From the NCBI GenBank assembly GCA_951406725.2, contig OX597831.1, positions 67,332,001-67,396,000 on the forward strand: a DNA stretch of 64,000 nt, written 5' to 3'. The notes beneath the pieces were generated by a model. That model was not told the origin of the DNA. It saw only the letters and a list, made by a program, of their open reading frames with translations, and did not search any database. This document shows, one piece after another, positions 14,283 through 28,417 of the stretch. The position numbers and the translations under genes are program-made. The stretch comes from Octopus vulgaris (taxonomy: Eukaryota). The stretch's first letter is position 1; each line of letters begins with the position of its first letter.

Positions 14283-14368
14283 TTCGGCTGACGAGTACGA
14301 GCCATCTGTATTCACTGCATTTTTTGTAGCTTATTAAAGATGTCCTCGTACGAAATGATCGTACCGAG
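14283..14368 (+). ncRNA. Type I hammerhead ribozyme (right arm copy)
   Basis: Same as the left copy except GAAAUGAUCGUA (C>U in stem III, a U-G wobble) and one change in the stem II loop. Confidence 0.75.
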
Positions 14369-14395
14369 ATTTTAATCCATTCTTGTTGCTTTTTT

Positions 14396-14429
<34 letters not shown>

Positions 14430-15248
14430 TCATACGTAATGAGAGAGTTTTGAGCAAAATAGAAAATGAAAGCTAATATAGTCGACTGAATGGATATAGA
14501 ATGGTATAACCGAGTGTGTGTGCATTTTGGTGAGTTGTAGACGAGTAAAACCGACTTTTCACGGTTTTGAACCTTGGACAATGTAATCTCATTATCATTG
14601 CATTACCGTGATGTTGCTACTCTGTTATGAACATGCGCGCGTGTGAGTTTAATCCCCGCCTTTGCAAGTAATGCCGCTCCGCCTATCACCCAAGTGACTA
14701 ACATTTAAAAAAATATATTATCTTAGAAGTATTACCCAACCAATCAATGTTGTACCTCTGGCTTATCTGTTGCTAATGCAGAAGACAGGGAATAATAAGA
14801 GAGAAATGAAGAAGAAGATTTGGGAATATGTTAAATCTGACAACTTGACTCCTCAACTACCGTCTATGTGCTTTTATCTATCTTACAAACAATCAGTCCT
14901 CGAAACGGAAAATAAGGCTGGAGAAGAAATGCCTGTCGCAAAGTGTGTTTCGTAAAAGATGGAAGTATATAGCAAGTATGTTGCGAGTGAAAGAACCTGT
15001 TTAAACGAGAATGTAAAAAAAAGGAGAAATCAAAGTCTTCAGTGTGAGTATGTGGTTTGTGGGGTCAACCGCGTCCTCCGCTTCATTTTTTGTTATTCAC
15101 TCATTCTCATTTAATTGTATATATTTTAATTGTTTATTCATACGTTTCGTCTCATTCGATACCTTGAACCCAATGTTCGTGTTACCTCTCCTCGTATCGT
15201 CCCCTCTTTTTCTCAACCTTATGGTGAATAAAGAAGAAATACTCTCTT

Positions 15249-15290
<42 letters not shown>

Positions 15291-15394
15291 GTCATTTATT
15301 TTCTCTCATATATTGTGTTGAATCAAACTTTTTGCAATATTTTGGTAACTTACTAGTTTCGTTCATCAATTAACAACAAAGGCAGTCCAGCATT

Positions 15395-15600
15395 CAAAGT
15401 AGAGGCTATCATGTTGCACTGTCTTATGCCATCTTTCTGCCAGTTCTTTCCTTCCATGCTGATACCAGTTCTGTCCTTCGAGGCGAGTAACCCCTCCACT
15501 GAAGGTTCCACCTCCTCTTGACTGATGAAGCGTCGCGAGTGCAGAAGTGAATCATAGGTCGGAACGAGTAATAATCCGAGGGAGCTTGGTTACGAAAATA
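15395..15600 (-). mobile_element. Mariner C-terminal relic
   Basis: QAPSDYYSFRPM resembles the mariner DLAPSDYxLF motif. Confidence 0.5.
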
Positions 15601-15688
15601 TTGCAAAACTATTGACTCAATACAATATTTATCAACATTATACAATATGCTATATCCTATTATATCATATCACATTATCATTGCATTA

Positions 15689-16479
15689 TCTCTATATATA
15701 TAAAACTGAGAATGTGTGCCTGTCTGTTTGTCTGTCTGTGTGTTTCCCTAAAACTTGAGAACTACACGACCAATTTCATTCAAATTTTACACATGCCTTA
15801 CTTAGGGTCCAGGGAGTGTAATCGGCAAAAAATGTTTTTGCCTAGGGCGAGCCCACAGCAATATCATATCTTCTCCACTATGATTCCCTAAAACTTGAGA
15901 ACTACACAACCAATTTCATTCAAATTTTACACCTGCCTTACTTAGGGTCCATGTAGTTTTATGGGAAAAAAATGTTCAACTTCTTGCCTAGGGCGAGCCC
16001 ATAGCAATATCATATCTTCTCCACTATTTCAGTATTACGTGTTAAAAGTGAAACAAAAACATTTCTCTATTTTATGTCAGATACTTTCACTTTAACAATA
16101 AAAATAATAATAACAATTGAATTATATGTAGTAAGTAATAATTAAAATCAAACTAAAGTATTATATAATCGTAACATAACAAAAGTAAAAATAGCAATTG
16201 GTATAAAATTGCATCGATGACATGAACTTGAATAAGTGGTTTCACATGAATGGGAATAAATTAAAATTAAAATTAGCGTGCAGAAATGGACTAGTCCTAC
16301 AATTCCAGTCTGTTATATATTTTGAGTATTGTTATCACTCGCGATATTAAGATATAACTTTGTATTTTGTATTTTATGTGTAGATGTATATATAGATGTA
16401 CATGTAATATGTACACATATAATACACATATATACATGCACTAGCACTATGACCCGACAAAGACGGGCCACAATGCTAG
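15689..16479 (+). mobile_element. Non-autonomous Helitron with an internal ~140-bp tandem duplication
   Basis: A|TC start; 3' hairpin CCCG..ACGGG plus CTAG|T; 15746-15880 is repeated at 15885-16028. Confidence 0.8.
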
Positions 16480-18079
16480 TATTACACTATAACTTAGAAT
16501 GAAGTTCCGTATTGATTTTACGATTATTAGGACATGCATTCGATTATCAGATCGGGTAGTACCTTGCATCCTTAAAAAAGGTACTTCGTTTCATGTTGCT
16601 CCAATACTCTCATTTAAAAGTCAGTAACAGTGACACCTGGGGGTTAGCTAAGTCTAAACTCCAAACAAAATCCGGATAAGTTCCGGTTTCATGAGCTTCT
16701 AGTGCAAAAAGAAGATATATTAAAAATCAATATAATACTGTATTAAAAACCGGCGAGCTAGCAGAATCGTTACCATGCCGGTCAAAATGCTTAGCGGCAT
16801 TTCTTCTGTCTTTACGTTCTGAGTTCAAACTTCACCAAAGTTTATTATGCCTTTCATCCTTTCGGAGTTGATAAAATAAAAACCTGTTGAGCATTGGGGT
16901 CGATGTAATCCACTTACTCCATCTCCCGAAATAGCTGGATCTGTACGAAAATTTGAAGTCAATATCATAGTGCTTAAAGATATATTATACAAAATGTTCA
17001 CCTTTGCTGAAGCAAAATTTGACACTTTACGTTGTACGTAAATATAATAACCAGTATTGGCAGGGATGCGATGATCCACTACAGCAAGAAAAAGAATGAA
17101 AATAGGAACTATAGTTTGGGGTGGGGGACACATTATCTATCAGTCTTTCCGTGTGTCTGTAAAAGAAACCTCTTACAAGAGCTTAGTGGATTTTATTTCA
17201 AAGTAAATTTTGGCCTATATACTGAGGCCAAATTATGTTTATTCCATGAAACGATCTCCATTGCGTATTAGAAGTCATCAACGAAATCGCTGGTATCCTG
17301 TCAACAACTCCTGCAATACCGTGATCTACATAGCACTTTTCAGCGGGCCTGAAACCTTTGAAAATTTACGCGCAGTGCAATGAATCAAACGTGCCCAGAC
17401 AATATGATATACTTGGGCAAAAATAAAGCAACTTGTCTGTTAGCAAAAATACAGACAAAAGAATTATTTTTGCAACTAAGAAAGACAGAAAACAAGATTT
17501 CTTTTAAGATGCCTATTTTATGCTCACGGTATATTTTATGGGAAAAAGTTGGAAATTTTTTAGTTTTAATGTACAAAATTCTGACCAAGTCAAAATCTTC
17601 TTACCCCTTTAATCAAAGAATCCACGAACCTCTGCACTATACAGTCACCATCCGATGCTAGCACAAAGCTCACGCTGAAATTCCTCTACACTATATCCTT
17701 TTGATAGCATACCACGGTATACCTAGCTCATACTCAACATAATCACCAACCCCTCTCAACTGTAGATACCATAACCTACTTTATACTATCGGTGTACGAT
17801 TAAATGAAAGCTCGCTGCAAGCGCAAGTTAATACGATGATAATAAACTGGTTTATCAATGTACAAACAAAGAATAATTGAACTTTAGCATAACTCCAGAT
17901 ACCGGATAGCAACAAACACAGAGCAGCACATATTCAGCACTGTATATATGCATATATGTATATATGCATGTCTGCCTGTCTTTGTATGAACATTTGTATG
18001 TATGTATGTATGTATGTATGTATGTATGTATGTATGTATGTATGTATGTATGTATGTATGTATGTATGTATGTATGTAT

Positions 18080-18687
18080 AGAGTTAGCTAAAGGAGAACG
18101 ACCTCCACATAAACCAAAAAAGAGGTATAAGGACTTGCTGAAGGCTTCCTTAAGAGATGCTTGCATCTCTCCTGACACATGGGAAGGCACAGCTATTGAT
18201 CGTAGCAGGTGGAGAAGGATTGTGCATGAGGGGACAGCCACTTTTGAGAAATCTCGAGTTACACATGAGAAAGTAAGGAGGGATGTCAGGAACGGCATCG
18301 CTATTACACTTCCAGATGGGAAGGGTCTTCCTATGATGCTGATATGCAGTGTCTGTGCAAGACCCTGCCTCAGTAAAGCTGGACTCAAGAGTCATCTTCG
18401 TAGTCATAAAGCGAGACAGATGAGTGACAACCTGGCTACTAGTGGTGGTGTTAGACACCATACTAATCATATCTGTCAGACATGTGAAAGAGAGTGTAAT
18501 TCGGCAGGAGGACTTAAACGACATGCAAAGGTACATGAAGCCCAGTTACAACTACAGCCGCTATTACCGGTAAAGGTTTTAGCTGCCAATTCTGTACAAG
18601 ACATTGTAGATCTTTAGCTGGGCTAAAAAGTCACATTCGATCACAGCACCAATAACAGTTAACGATAACGAGGGGGCAGCCATAATA
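18080..18687 (+). mobile_element. RTE-clade LINE 3' end with three C2H2 fingers
   Basis: ELAKGERP..PKKRYKD...WE..AIDRSRWR, then CSVC..HLRSH, CQTC..HAKVH and, after a frameshift, CQFC..HIRSQH*. Flanked by (TATG)n. Confidence 0.85.
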
Positions 18688-18931
18688 ATGTATGTATGTA
18701 CGTATGTATGTATGTATGTATGTATGTATGTATGTATGTATGTATGTATGTATGTATGTATGTATGCATGTTTGTTCTGGTATGATTTTAAGCTGTATCT
18801 TGTGGGGTTTTGCGTCAGAAGTTTTAGGGATTTGAGGAGTGGTGAACCACCTCTTAGCCACTACTGTTCCCAGGTCTTCTCTATTCTGTCTTTTGCATGT
18901 GTGTGTGTGTGCGCGCGCGTGTGTGTGTGTG

Positions 18932-18962
<31 letters not shown>

Positions 18963-19657
18963 TTATTAGATAATAAAACGTATGGTATATACCTTGTAAC
19001 TTAACGGTAAAGCACGGCCGCTTTCACAGTGTTCGTTGTGTATTTGGTTAATGAGAGAGACAGAAGCTGGAAAATACGAAAATTTGTATTAATCACTACA
19101 ATTGTTGCAACCCATCTGGCATCGTTCCCTCACAGATATCCGTCGATGTAGACGTGCCCTTTCGGGTGATAATTAGACATAACTCGTTAAAATAACGATA
19201 GTTCTGCAAGGTTTCCTCTCAGTTCATGTAAAGAAAAGCAGAAAATTAAAGGATATAGCTTCACTTATATTATTGCGTCCCCAAAGTCCATCCCCTCCTC
19301 ACCGTGGTGGGGATGCTGGCAAAGGGTAGTGTCAGAGCTATGCCGTCAGGAACTTCGGTTCCTGGTAGGGCCACCCAAGGCGGATTGGTCTGACACCGAG
19401 TGGTATTAGGGCCACAACCCGGCAGAAAATCCTCGGAGTGTCTGTTTCAGCAACCTGCGGCTCCTCGGTCGTTCTTTCACTGCGTCTACGGACAATCTGC
19501 AGCAAACAGGATGTCTCTACATGCAGGATTGTTGGGAACCGCTTGTGAAATCCACATATTCCCACGAAACTTCTTCCATGAGAATACAATGGCAACATCG
19601 GCCTGCGCCGATGGAACCGTGACTGGCTCGCTATCTCTCTCTCTTTCGCTCTTTCTC

Positions 19658-19693
<36 letters not shown>

Positions 19694-19801
19694 TCTCTCT
19701 CTCTCTTTCACACACACATCCATTGCATATACACGTACATGCTTCTTTCATTTTCTCCTCTCCTTCACTTTAAAACAAATGTAAATATTAAATTTTCTAT
19801 A

Positions 19802-19840
<39 letters not shown>

Positions 19841-19981
19841 GTATACGTACATAGATACAGATCTGCGCGCGCGTGTGTAAATGTGTTGGGCACACCTGAT
19901 GACATGGTATAATTGAATTTTTCAATATTGAATTGATGAACGGTGTTTTTTTCTAATTTATATTATATATATATATATATA

Positions 19982-20064
<83 letters not shown>

Positions 20065-20552
20065 ACATATATACGACGGGTTTCTTTCAGTTTCCGTCTA
20101 CCAAATCCACTCACAAGGCTCTGGTCGGCCCAAGGCTATAGTAGAAAATACTTGTCCAGGGTGCCACGCAGTGGGACTGAAACCCCGAACCATGTGGTTG
20201 GTAAGCAAACTACTTACCACACAGCTACTTGTGGATTATTAAAAATGCATTAATAATACGTACTTATTTTGGTAAGGAAACAAACACCACTAAATATTTT
20301 ATGCTTTATATTTTTATCGGTTTGAATAGTTGTTGTCTCCGTAAGAATATATGTTTGGTGTAAACACACGTTATGTTTTCTGTTTGCCAAGAAATGGAAT
20401 CGTATTGTTACGAATTCAATTTCTACAGTTCTGCTGTGTTGAGTATGTTTTTGTTTTCTAGCTTTTTCTTTAGTTCCTCTACGTCATCAGGTGTGCCAAA
20501 CACATTCACACACGCGCGCACAGATCTGTATCAATGTATGTATACGTGTGTG

Positions 20553-20592
<40 letters not shown>

Positions 20593-21295
20593 CACGTATA
20601 CATATATAGATACAGATCTAAGCGCGTACTTACACGCTTACATGTATACATACATACATACTCACACACACACATACAAACATACATACATACTCACACA
20701 CACACATACACATACATACATACATACCATACATACATACTTACATACATACATATATGCATACATACATGCATACATACATACGTACATACATACATAC
20801 ATACATACATACATGCATGCATGCATACATACATACATGCATACATACATACATACATACATGTATACAGACATACGTACATACATACATATTACATACA
20901 TACATGCATACATACATACATACATACATACATACATACATACATACATACATACATACATACATAAATACATACATACATACACACATACATATAAGTT
21001 CCTTAAAAAATTTAGTCGATGGTAGATCTAACTGTGAATCATGTTTATTAATGTATCACTGTAAAATCTATTAGTAATTCTTCTATTCGACGCACAAATT
21101 TGTGTCAGAGAGGAGATGAAAAGCAAAAGTGTTTTGACAGGGGAATCTCAAAAATTCAACCCTCTCATCTTTTCCCCTTAACTTCTTTACCAAAAGCTTC
21201 TAATACCAATGTTATTAAGAGTAATTACAGGCGATATCGTTCATCAAAATGTTTAATTACATTGCTACTTAAATGACTGTTGTTAAACTTAATTC

Positions 21296-21709
21296 GGATC
21301 TTTTCGGTTTGAACGGCAGTTTTTAACATAATTTCTAGGTAACTAAAAAATTTTTAACTTCGTATACTGGTAGAGTGTGTTTATAAAACATCTTTTTCTC
21401 TTGGCTTTATTGAGAAAATTCTATAGTTTGTAAGATATTTGTTGTTTTTTTTTTCTTCAATTTCTGCAATTTCAACCAATCAGTGACGTCTATTGAGGTA
21501 AAAAAACATTCTGTGCCGTATGAATATGTCCCTCGTTTAAGAAACAGATTGGGTTTATTTACATTTGTGAAGGAAAAAAAATACCCTTCCTCCCACCCCT
21601 AACCCTAAAACAGATTGAAATGCAATAGATCGATACTAAGGTCATAATTATGGGTGAAAATTTCATATGACATCGCTAGAAAAAACTGCCGTTCAAACCG
21701 AAAAGATCC
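21296..21709. mobile_element. MITE, about 410 bp, with ~29-bp TIRs and 8-bp TSD CTTAATTC
   Basis: GGATCTTTTCGGTTTGAACGGCAGTTTTT at both ends in inverted orientation; TSD at 21288-21295 and 21710-21717. Confidence 0.92.
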
Positions 21710-22027
21710 CTTAATTCAATTAATGTAGATGCTATTGTTTTAATTGCCGCGTATTCGAGAGTCAGCCCTTGGGATGTCACATAAACATCAACAACAGGTT
21801 TTTAGACGGTTATAAACATATAGATGGACATGAACGCAGACACCTCCCGTCTTTATTAGATTTGAAACGCCCGTAGCGGGAACTTTTGTTTGCAGATTGA
21901 TCGGATTAACTCCCTTGATCGAAGTTTTTCAACTCACAAAGGAGAGACACTATCATATTTATTTTTAGTAGGCAAAGCGATTTCTTAAGGTGTTTTTTTT
22001 TCTCAGTGGTATAGGTAGTATATAAAA

Positions 22028-22260
22028 GGCGGCGAGCTGGCAGAAACGTTAGCAAGCCGAGCAAAATGCGTAGCCGTATTTCGTCTGCAGTTACGTTCTG
22101 AGTTCAAATTCCGCCGAGGTCGACTTTGCCTTTCATCCTTTCGGGGTCGATAAATTAAGTACCAGTTATGCACTGGGGTCGATGTAATCGACTTAATCCG
22201 TTGTCTGTCCTTGTTTGTCCTCTCTGTGTTTAGCCCCTTGTGTGTAGTAAAGAAATAGGT
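22028..22260 (+). mobile_element. SINE family B (about 230 bp), full copy
   Basis: GGCGGCGAGCTGGCAGAAACG...GAGTTCAAATTCC (B box)...gcctttcatcctttcggggtcgataaattaagtacc. Other copies at 8185-8570 (-), 16750-16960, 33880-34102, 34938-35152, 35515-35737, 58435-58612. Confidence 0.9.
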
Positions 22261-23519
22261 ATAAGTAGTATTCAAAATTTGTTACTACAATCCCTCTATT
22301 TCGGGGCGGGGGAGTAAAAATTCCTCCAAAGTTTTTTTTTCTACCTTCATCTTCATTATTGGTATTCAAAATTAATGTCAGTGCCTTATATGAAGTACTT
22401 TAGGAAACATTCAGCTACTAAAGCCTTTGGCATCAACTTCGAATGAGGGTTAAAATAAAACCCACAGCATTGAGGTTTAAAAAATCGAAGAAAATCAAAA
22501 CGATAGAATCGTTTCAACCAAATTCCACGTAAAAAGTTATAAAGCATTCAACTTGTAAAAAAGATCATGGCGACGACATTTTGGGGTAAACTCATTCCTT
22601 GAATTTAACAAAATTAGAAAAGATGTTAAAGAGGACATTTTTTTCATTGGTGCAAAAGCAGTATGGTCCGGGCCGTTCAGAATATGATTGGGAAAATTTT
22701 CTCATTAATCATTGTGTTTTAGTCCCCGTGCAGGTTGCAAAAGGAGGATAGTGCTTCTCTCTGAGCGTCTAAACTAAAATACTTGCTTTGAGTTGACTCT
22801 CTCGAAGGTACATCCTGATAAACCAAAGTAGGTGCGTTTGTTCCGGTCAACCAGTTTCAACCTGACACTGTATGCCAACTCATTGATAAAATATATACCG
22901 CCGAAACGATGTAATATAATAGTATAATGATATTGTTGGAACAATAGTAGTTTCTTTTGCTATTGTCGAAAATCAAATTCGTGATATTCCTCGTACTTTT
23001 AGTGTACATTTAGGGGAGTATGTCAACCTCAACACTCTCTGTGTCACGCTGAATATCCCCGAGAACTACGTTAAGGGTACACGTGTCTGTGGAGTGCTCA
23101 GCCATTTACACGTTAATTTCACGAGCAGGCTGTTCCGTTGATCGGATCAACCGGAACCCTCATCGTCGTAACCGACGGAGTGCTTCCATCCCATCCACTA
23201 AGGTATTTATCATTTTACCATAACGCTTTACTTTTAAACATTGCATCAGCAACCGAGATGCTTGTTTTGCATGGACTAATATTACTCGATAGTCTCTTGA
23301 AATTTTACTCGAGATAAACTATTATTACTGCTGCCTCGTAACAAGACATCCCATCCTATTTTGATGAATTATTCTTTTAGTCTTTTACTGATTCCAGTGC
23401 TTCAACTAAGGCTATAACGGGACACTGGACACTGCCTTCAACTTTGATTATTCATACTATTTGGACATAACTTTTGAAAACCTGGCAAGCGAGGGGGATT
23501 GTGCAAATGCATATGCATT

Positions 23520-23556
<37 letters not shown>

Positions 23557-23769
23557 CTCTTTACTCTTTTCTCTTTTACTTGTTTCAGTCATTTGACTGT
23601 GGCCATACTAGAGCACCGCCTTTAGTCGAGCAAATCGACCCCAGGACTTATTCTTAGGAAGCCTAGTACTTATTTTATCGGTCTCTTTTGCCGAACCGCT
23701 AAGTGACGGGGACGTAAACACACCAGCATCGGTTGTCAAGCGATGTTGGGGAGACAAACACAGACACAT

Positions 23770-23831
<62 letters not shown>

Positions 23832-24999
23832 TTATATATATATATACATATGCTCTCACACATATATGTGTGTGAGTGTACCTATATTTACATATATTTA
23901 CAAACAAATGCATACATACATACGCACAAAAAAGTGACAGAATACTAGAATCAGTCGTGCAAGTATAAGACAGACAGACAGACGGATGGATGGATACTCG
24001 TATGGATGGATGGATGTTTCCACAATACATCAGCATTTTATTTAAAACTCATATGATTTAGAAACATATTTCCCATATTTGTATAGAAATACTTAATACC
24101 TTTCACACAAGCTATTTCTCATCTACAAAATAGATGTAATTGGGATGTTGAAAATTCACAGGCAAACGTGTTTCGACTCGTGCTCTGTATAAAATAAGTA
24201 GGAGCCAACAGTGAGAAAAGCCCATTTGACCCACATTTTATTGGGTGTTAACGCCGCCCAAGTAGAAAACAAATAAACAACGATTAAAAGAAGGTAAAAC
24301 AATCCGCCACATGTTATAAACATAAAAGCATAAACAAGATGCTACTGCTGAATTCGTCTCTTTCAATGTTCTACCCTGCACCAACTCCATTTCATCATCA
24401 TCATCACCCTCCTCATCCTCCTCCTCATCATCATCATCATCAGCAGCAGCATCATAAAAAAATAGAAGATTCGAAATATTCAAACGATATATGAATCTAA
24501 TTTATTATAAACACACATGCACACTGTAAACACTTGCAAATATAATCGACATTTTAAAGCGTTAGCTCACGTGTACAAAATTGAAATTAATGATTGAGCA
24601 AATATAATTAGTAATTTTACTGGTAGATAATTACAATGTTACAAACTAATAAATATGAAATTTGTAGTTTCAGTTTCACTGAAAAAACTTCTGTGAGAAT
24701 TTGGAGAAAATGCAGGATGCTTAGACTTAACTTTTTCCTGGCAGTTGAAGACTGTTTTCTCTGGGAACTTTTATATCTGATTATTTGGTTCTCGTTACAA
24801 AATCTGTCAAAGTTACAGGAAGAGCCCCAATTATGGCAGCAACATAATATCTGGTCTATGTTTAATATTTCTACTGCACTGATTTAGAAACCAATATAGC
24901 AGAGACCAAAGTGCTAGTTAGCAGCAGCACAAAATCAATGTAGTTAGTCTTGTTTGATATGTAGAAAGAAAGCTTAGTATTGTCTGCAATGCAAACATA

Positions 25000-26268
25000 C
25001 ACACGTATGGCTAGTTCTGTAGCGTGCCAACATATGGCAGGACACGGCTGTGTGCGCGGTGAGAGCTGGCAGTAACCTTCATGAGTAAGAGTGTCAACTG
25101 TCATTGCTGTATTTACTTTGCATGTTGTGAAATTTGTTTTTGTGATCACATGTATTCTGTAGTCTGCGATTTTGTCTTGGACGGGAACAAAGAACCAACG
25201 TGAAGTCTTGCGTTAAACGTGGGAAGTCTTCTACAGAGACATTGAGCATGCTTCGGCAAGCTCACAGCGACGAGGCAATACGTTGTACGCATATTTCGAG
25301 TGGCACAGGCGCTTCAAAAGCGGGAGAACGCCCCTGGAAGACAATGAACGATCTGGAAGAACCTCCGCATGTATCACCTCCGGAAATGTGGTATTGTGCA
25401 ACGAGAATTTGTCCCCATGGGCCAGACCGTCAATCAAGAGTTCTACTGCGACGTTTTGAAGCGTTTGAGAGAGGAATTCGACGAAAGCCACCGGATCTGT
25501 AGAGCGCGAAAAATTGGATTCTTCACGATGACAATGCACTCTGCCACGGAGCTCTCACTCGGTTCTCGCCAAAAGCAACACGGTTTCGCTTCCACAGCCG
25601 CCCTATTCGCCAGATTTAACACCTGCGGACTTTTATCACTTCCGCAAGACGAAAATATAGCTCAGAGGTTGCCGTTTTAACACCATTGTCGAGATCCAGA
25701 GTGAATCACAGAAGGTCCTCGACTCGCTTACAGAACACGACTCCCAGGCCGGATTCCAAAAATGGCAGGAACGGTGGAATCGGTGTATTGCTGTGCAAAG
25801 TGACTATTTTGAAGGTGGTGATGTTAAAACTTATTCTTTTATTTCTTTCAGTTATTTGACTGCGGCCATGCTGGAGCACTGCCTTTAATCGAGCAAATCG
25901 AGACCAGGACTTATTCTTTGTAAGCCTAGTACTTATTCTATCGTTCCCATTTGCCGAACCGCTAAGTTAGGGGACGCAAACGCACCAGCGTCGGTTGTCA
26001 AGCGATGTTGGTGGGGAGGACAAACACAGACACACAAACATATACACACACACTAACACACACACAAACACACACACACACACACACACACATACATATA
26101 TATGACGCGCTTCTTTCAGCTTCCGTCTACCAAATCCACTTACAAGGCTTTGGTTGGTCCGAGACTATAGTAGAAGACACTTGCTCAGATTGAACCCGGA
26201 ACCATGTGGTTGATAAACAAGCTACTTACCACACAGCCAAGTCCGGGAACTTTTGATACACCTCGTAC
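25000..26268 (+). mobile_element. Mariner relic interrupted by a SINE (25830-26238)
   Basis: GKSSTETLSMLRQA, EFVPMGQTVNQEFYCDVLKRLRE, HDDNA and YSPDL-like segments; 3' end ...acacctcgTA. Confidence 0.8.
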
Positions 26269-26929
26269 ACACGTACCCACACACGCGTATACTCAGACAT
26301 GTGCGCGTCTGGGAGAGAAAGTAAGTAGCGAGTGAAGACCATTGTTATTGTTGTTGTTCAACCCTAAGTTCGGTCCTGATCGAACTGAACTATGGTGAAT
26401 GCTATTCTAACCATAGCCATCCAAGAATAATGTGGAGGCACATGGTCTAGTGGTTAGAGCAGCGGACTCGCGGTCGAGGGATCGCGGGTTAGAATCTCAG
26501 ACCGAGCGATTTGTGTGTTTATGAGCGAAACACCTAAGCTCCACGCGGCTCCGGCAGAAGGTAATGGTGAAACTTCTGCTGACTCTTTCGCCACAACTTT
26601 CTCTCACTCTTTCCTCCTGCATCTTGCAGCTTACCTGCGACGGAACGGCGTCTCGTCCAGGTGGGGAACCTATACGCCAAGGAAACCGGGAAACTGGCCC
26701 TTATGAGCCAGGCATGGCTCGAGAAGGATCCAAGAATAATGTATTTCACACCTCATTATCCCATCTGTTCCTTTCAATATGGTCGGGTATGATGCGATGG
26801 ATATCTGACTGCTATGTATAGCAATTCAAGGGATAGAGTAGCAGTTCCTTCAAAAAAAATGTGGACTGAATTTGTGAATGAAATATTTATAAGCAACTAA
26901 AATAATAACAATAACTACTAACCAAATGT

Positions 26930-27197
26930 GATGAAAAATGAAGCAGATCCAAAGTACACACACAACCATCAGAGCTAATAATCCGGATATTGTCGTATGA
27001 GTATCCCTTATGATTGTACTATTGTGATAAAAGAATTTGATATGCTCAGAAAATATAAAGATTTGCTCGCTGAGATCGAAAAAATGTGGCATCTCAAGGC
27101 GGGTACAATACTTGGAATGATCAAAAAAGCTGAAAATTATTTGAGAATGATGTCTGGCTTACAATCCTTGCAATTTGGTTACTCAAATTCTTGTTAA
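26930..27197 (+). mobile_element. R4/Dong-like RLE endonuclease relic
   Basis: TIRANNPDIVV...KYKDLLAEIEKMWHLK...LGMIKK, with stops and deletions. Confidence 0.6.
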
Positions 27198-28252
27198 AAA
27201 CTCACCAAGCGATACTAACTTTAACCTACTGTGTTGAATAACAGCGTCCATTATGCGAAATGTATTGTTCTCAGTGTATTCCCGACTTGTTTGACGCCGA
27301 TTTGAAAATAGTAACAAAGAATTTTTCTGATATTCAAATACAATCTACCGAATTTCTCATACACTACCTATGCAACATATTGTTTATCCATCATACCAAA
27401 ATCAATCATTGTATTTTATCTACCAGTTTTTTCAGATGTATATTTTATGATAGCTTAAATTTACCCGTATTACAAGAGCTAAGCACACAACAGATAACAA
27501 CACCATATTTGCACAGGGTGGCTGAGCGGTTGCTATACTTGCCAAAGGGCAACCGTTCAGCTACCCTGCCAGGGATATGGTGGATTGTGAAGCTGTAGTG
27601 GAAGAGCTCAACTGAGACAATAGTGCTTCTTACATTGATGCTGAGCAGAGGAATCTTAGAAGATCAACGGTCAGGATCAAGAGAGTAACTGTCATATATC
27701 CATAGGGGTAGGTCCATGGTTGTGAAATCAGCTAATGGAAGTTCAAATGCCTAATCCCTAGATTGGCTCGTAGGATTCTGGTCCTTTTTCTCTAGCATAC
27801 ACATGTGAATTAATCATTGGAAACTCTCCAGAAAAGCTTTTATTCGACCCGTCCAAAATGTGAACCTATTTCAATGACTTCTCGAATAAAAGTTCACTGC
27901 AAATTTTGTCATGTAATAGGTTTCATGTTCTAAGTAAAGAATTTCAACAAAAATCAAAAGATTGCCTGAAATACCTTGGAAGTAATACTGCGGAAACACT
28001 TGTCCAAGAAAATCTATCACGTTAGAAAATAAGTCTATCATAAATGTATATGTTCTATATATAACTCTTACCAGATGATGTCTCTATCTTAGGTCATGGA
28101 CTGAGTTTCTGTTCAAGCATAAAACAATTTTGACAAAAACGAACTAACTTAAGAATTATTTACGTTTGAATGATGTCACAAGCTTAACTAATATTATTAT
28201 TGTTTTTTTTTGAAAAATGGTAACGAAGAGTCGAAAAATCCTGTTTGTTCAA

Positions 28253-28417
<165 letters not shown>

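Larger units (their letters stand above)
10041..14400 (-). mobile_element. 5'-truncated Penelope-like element (GIY-YIG type, Naiad/Neptune-like) with an inverted pseudo-LTR
   Basis: Arms 10160-11642 and 12966-14400 are near-identical reverse complements. The spacer carries an RT-thumb/GIY-YIG ORF. (TA)n flanks both sides, and each arm has a hammerhead. Confidence 0.88.
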
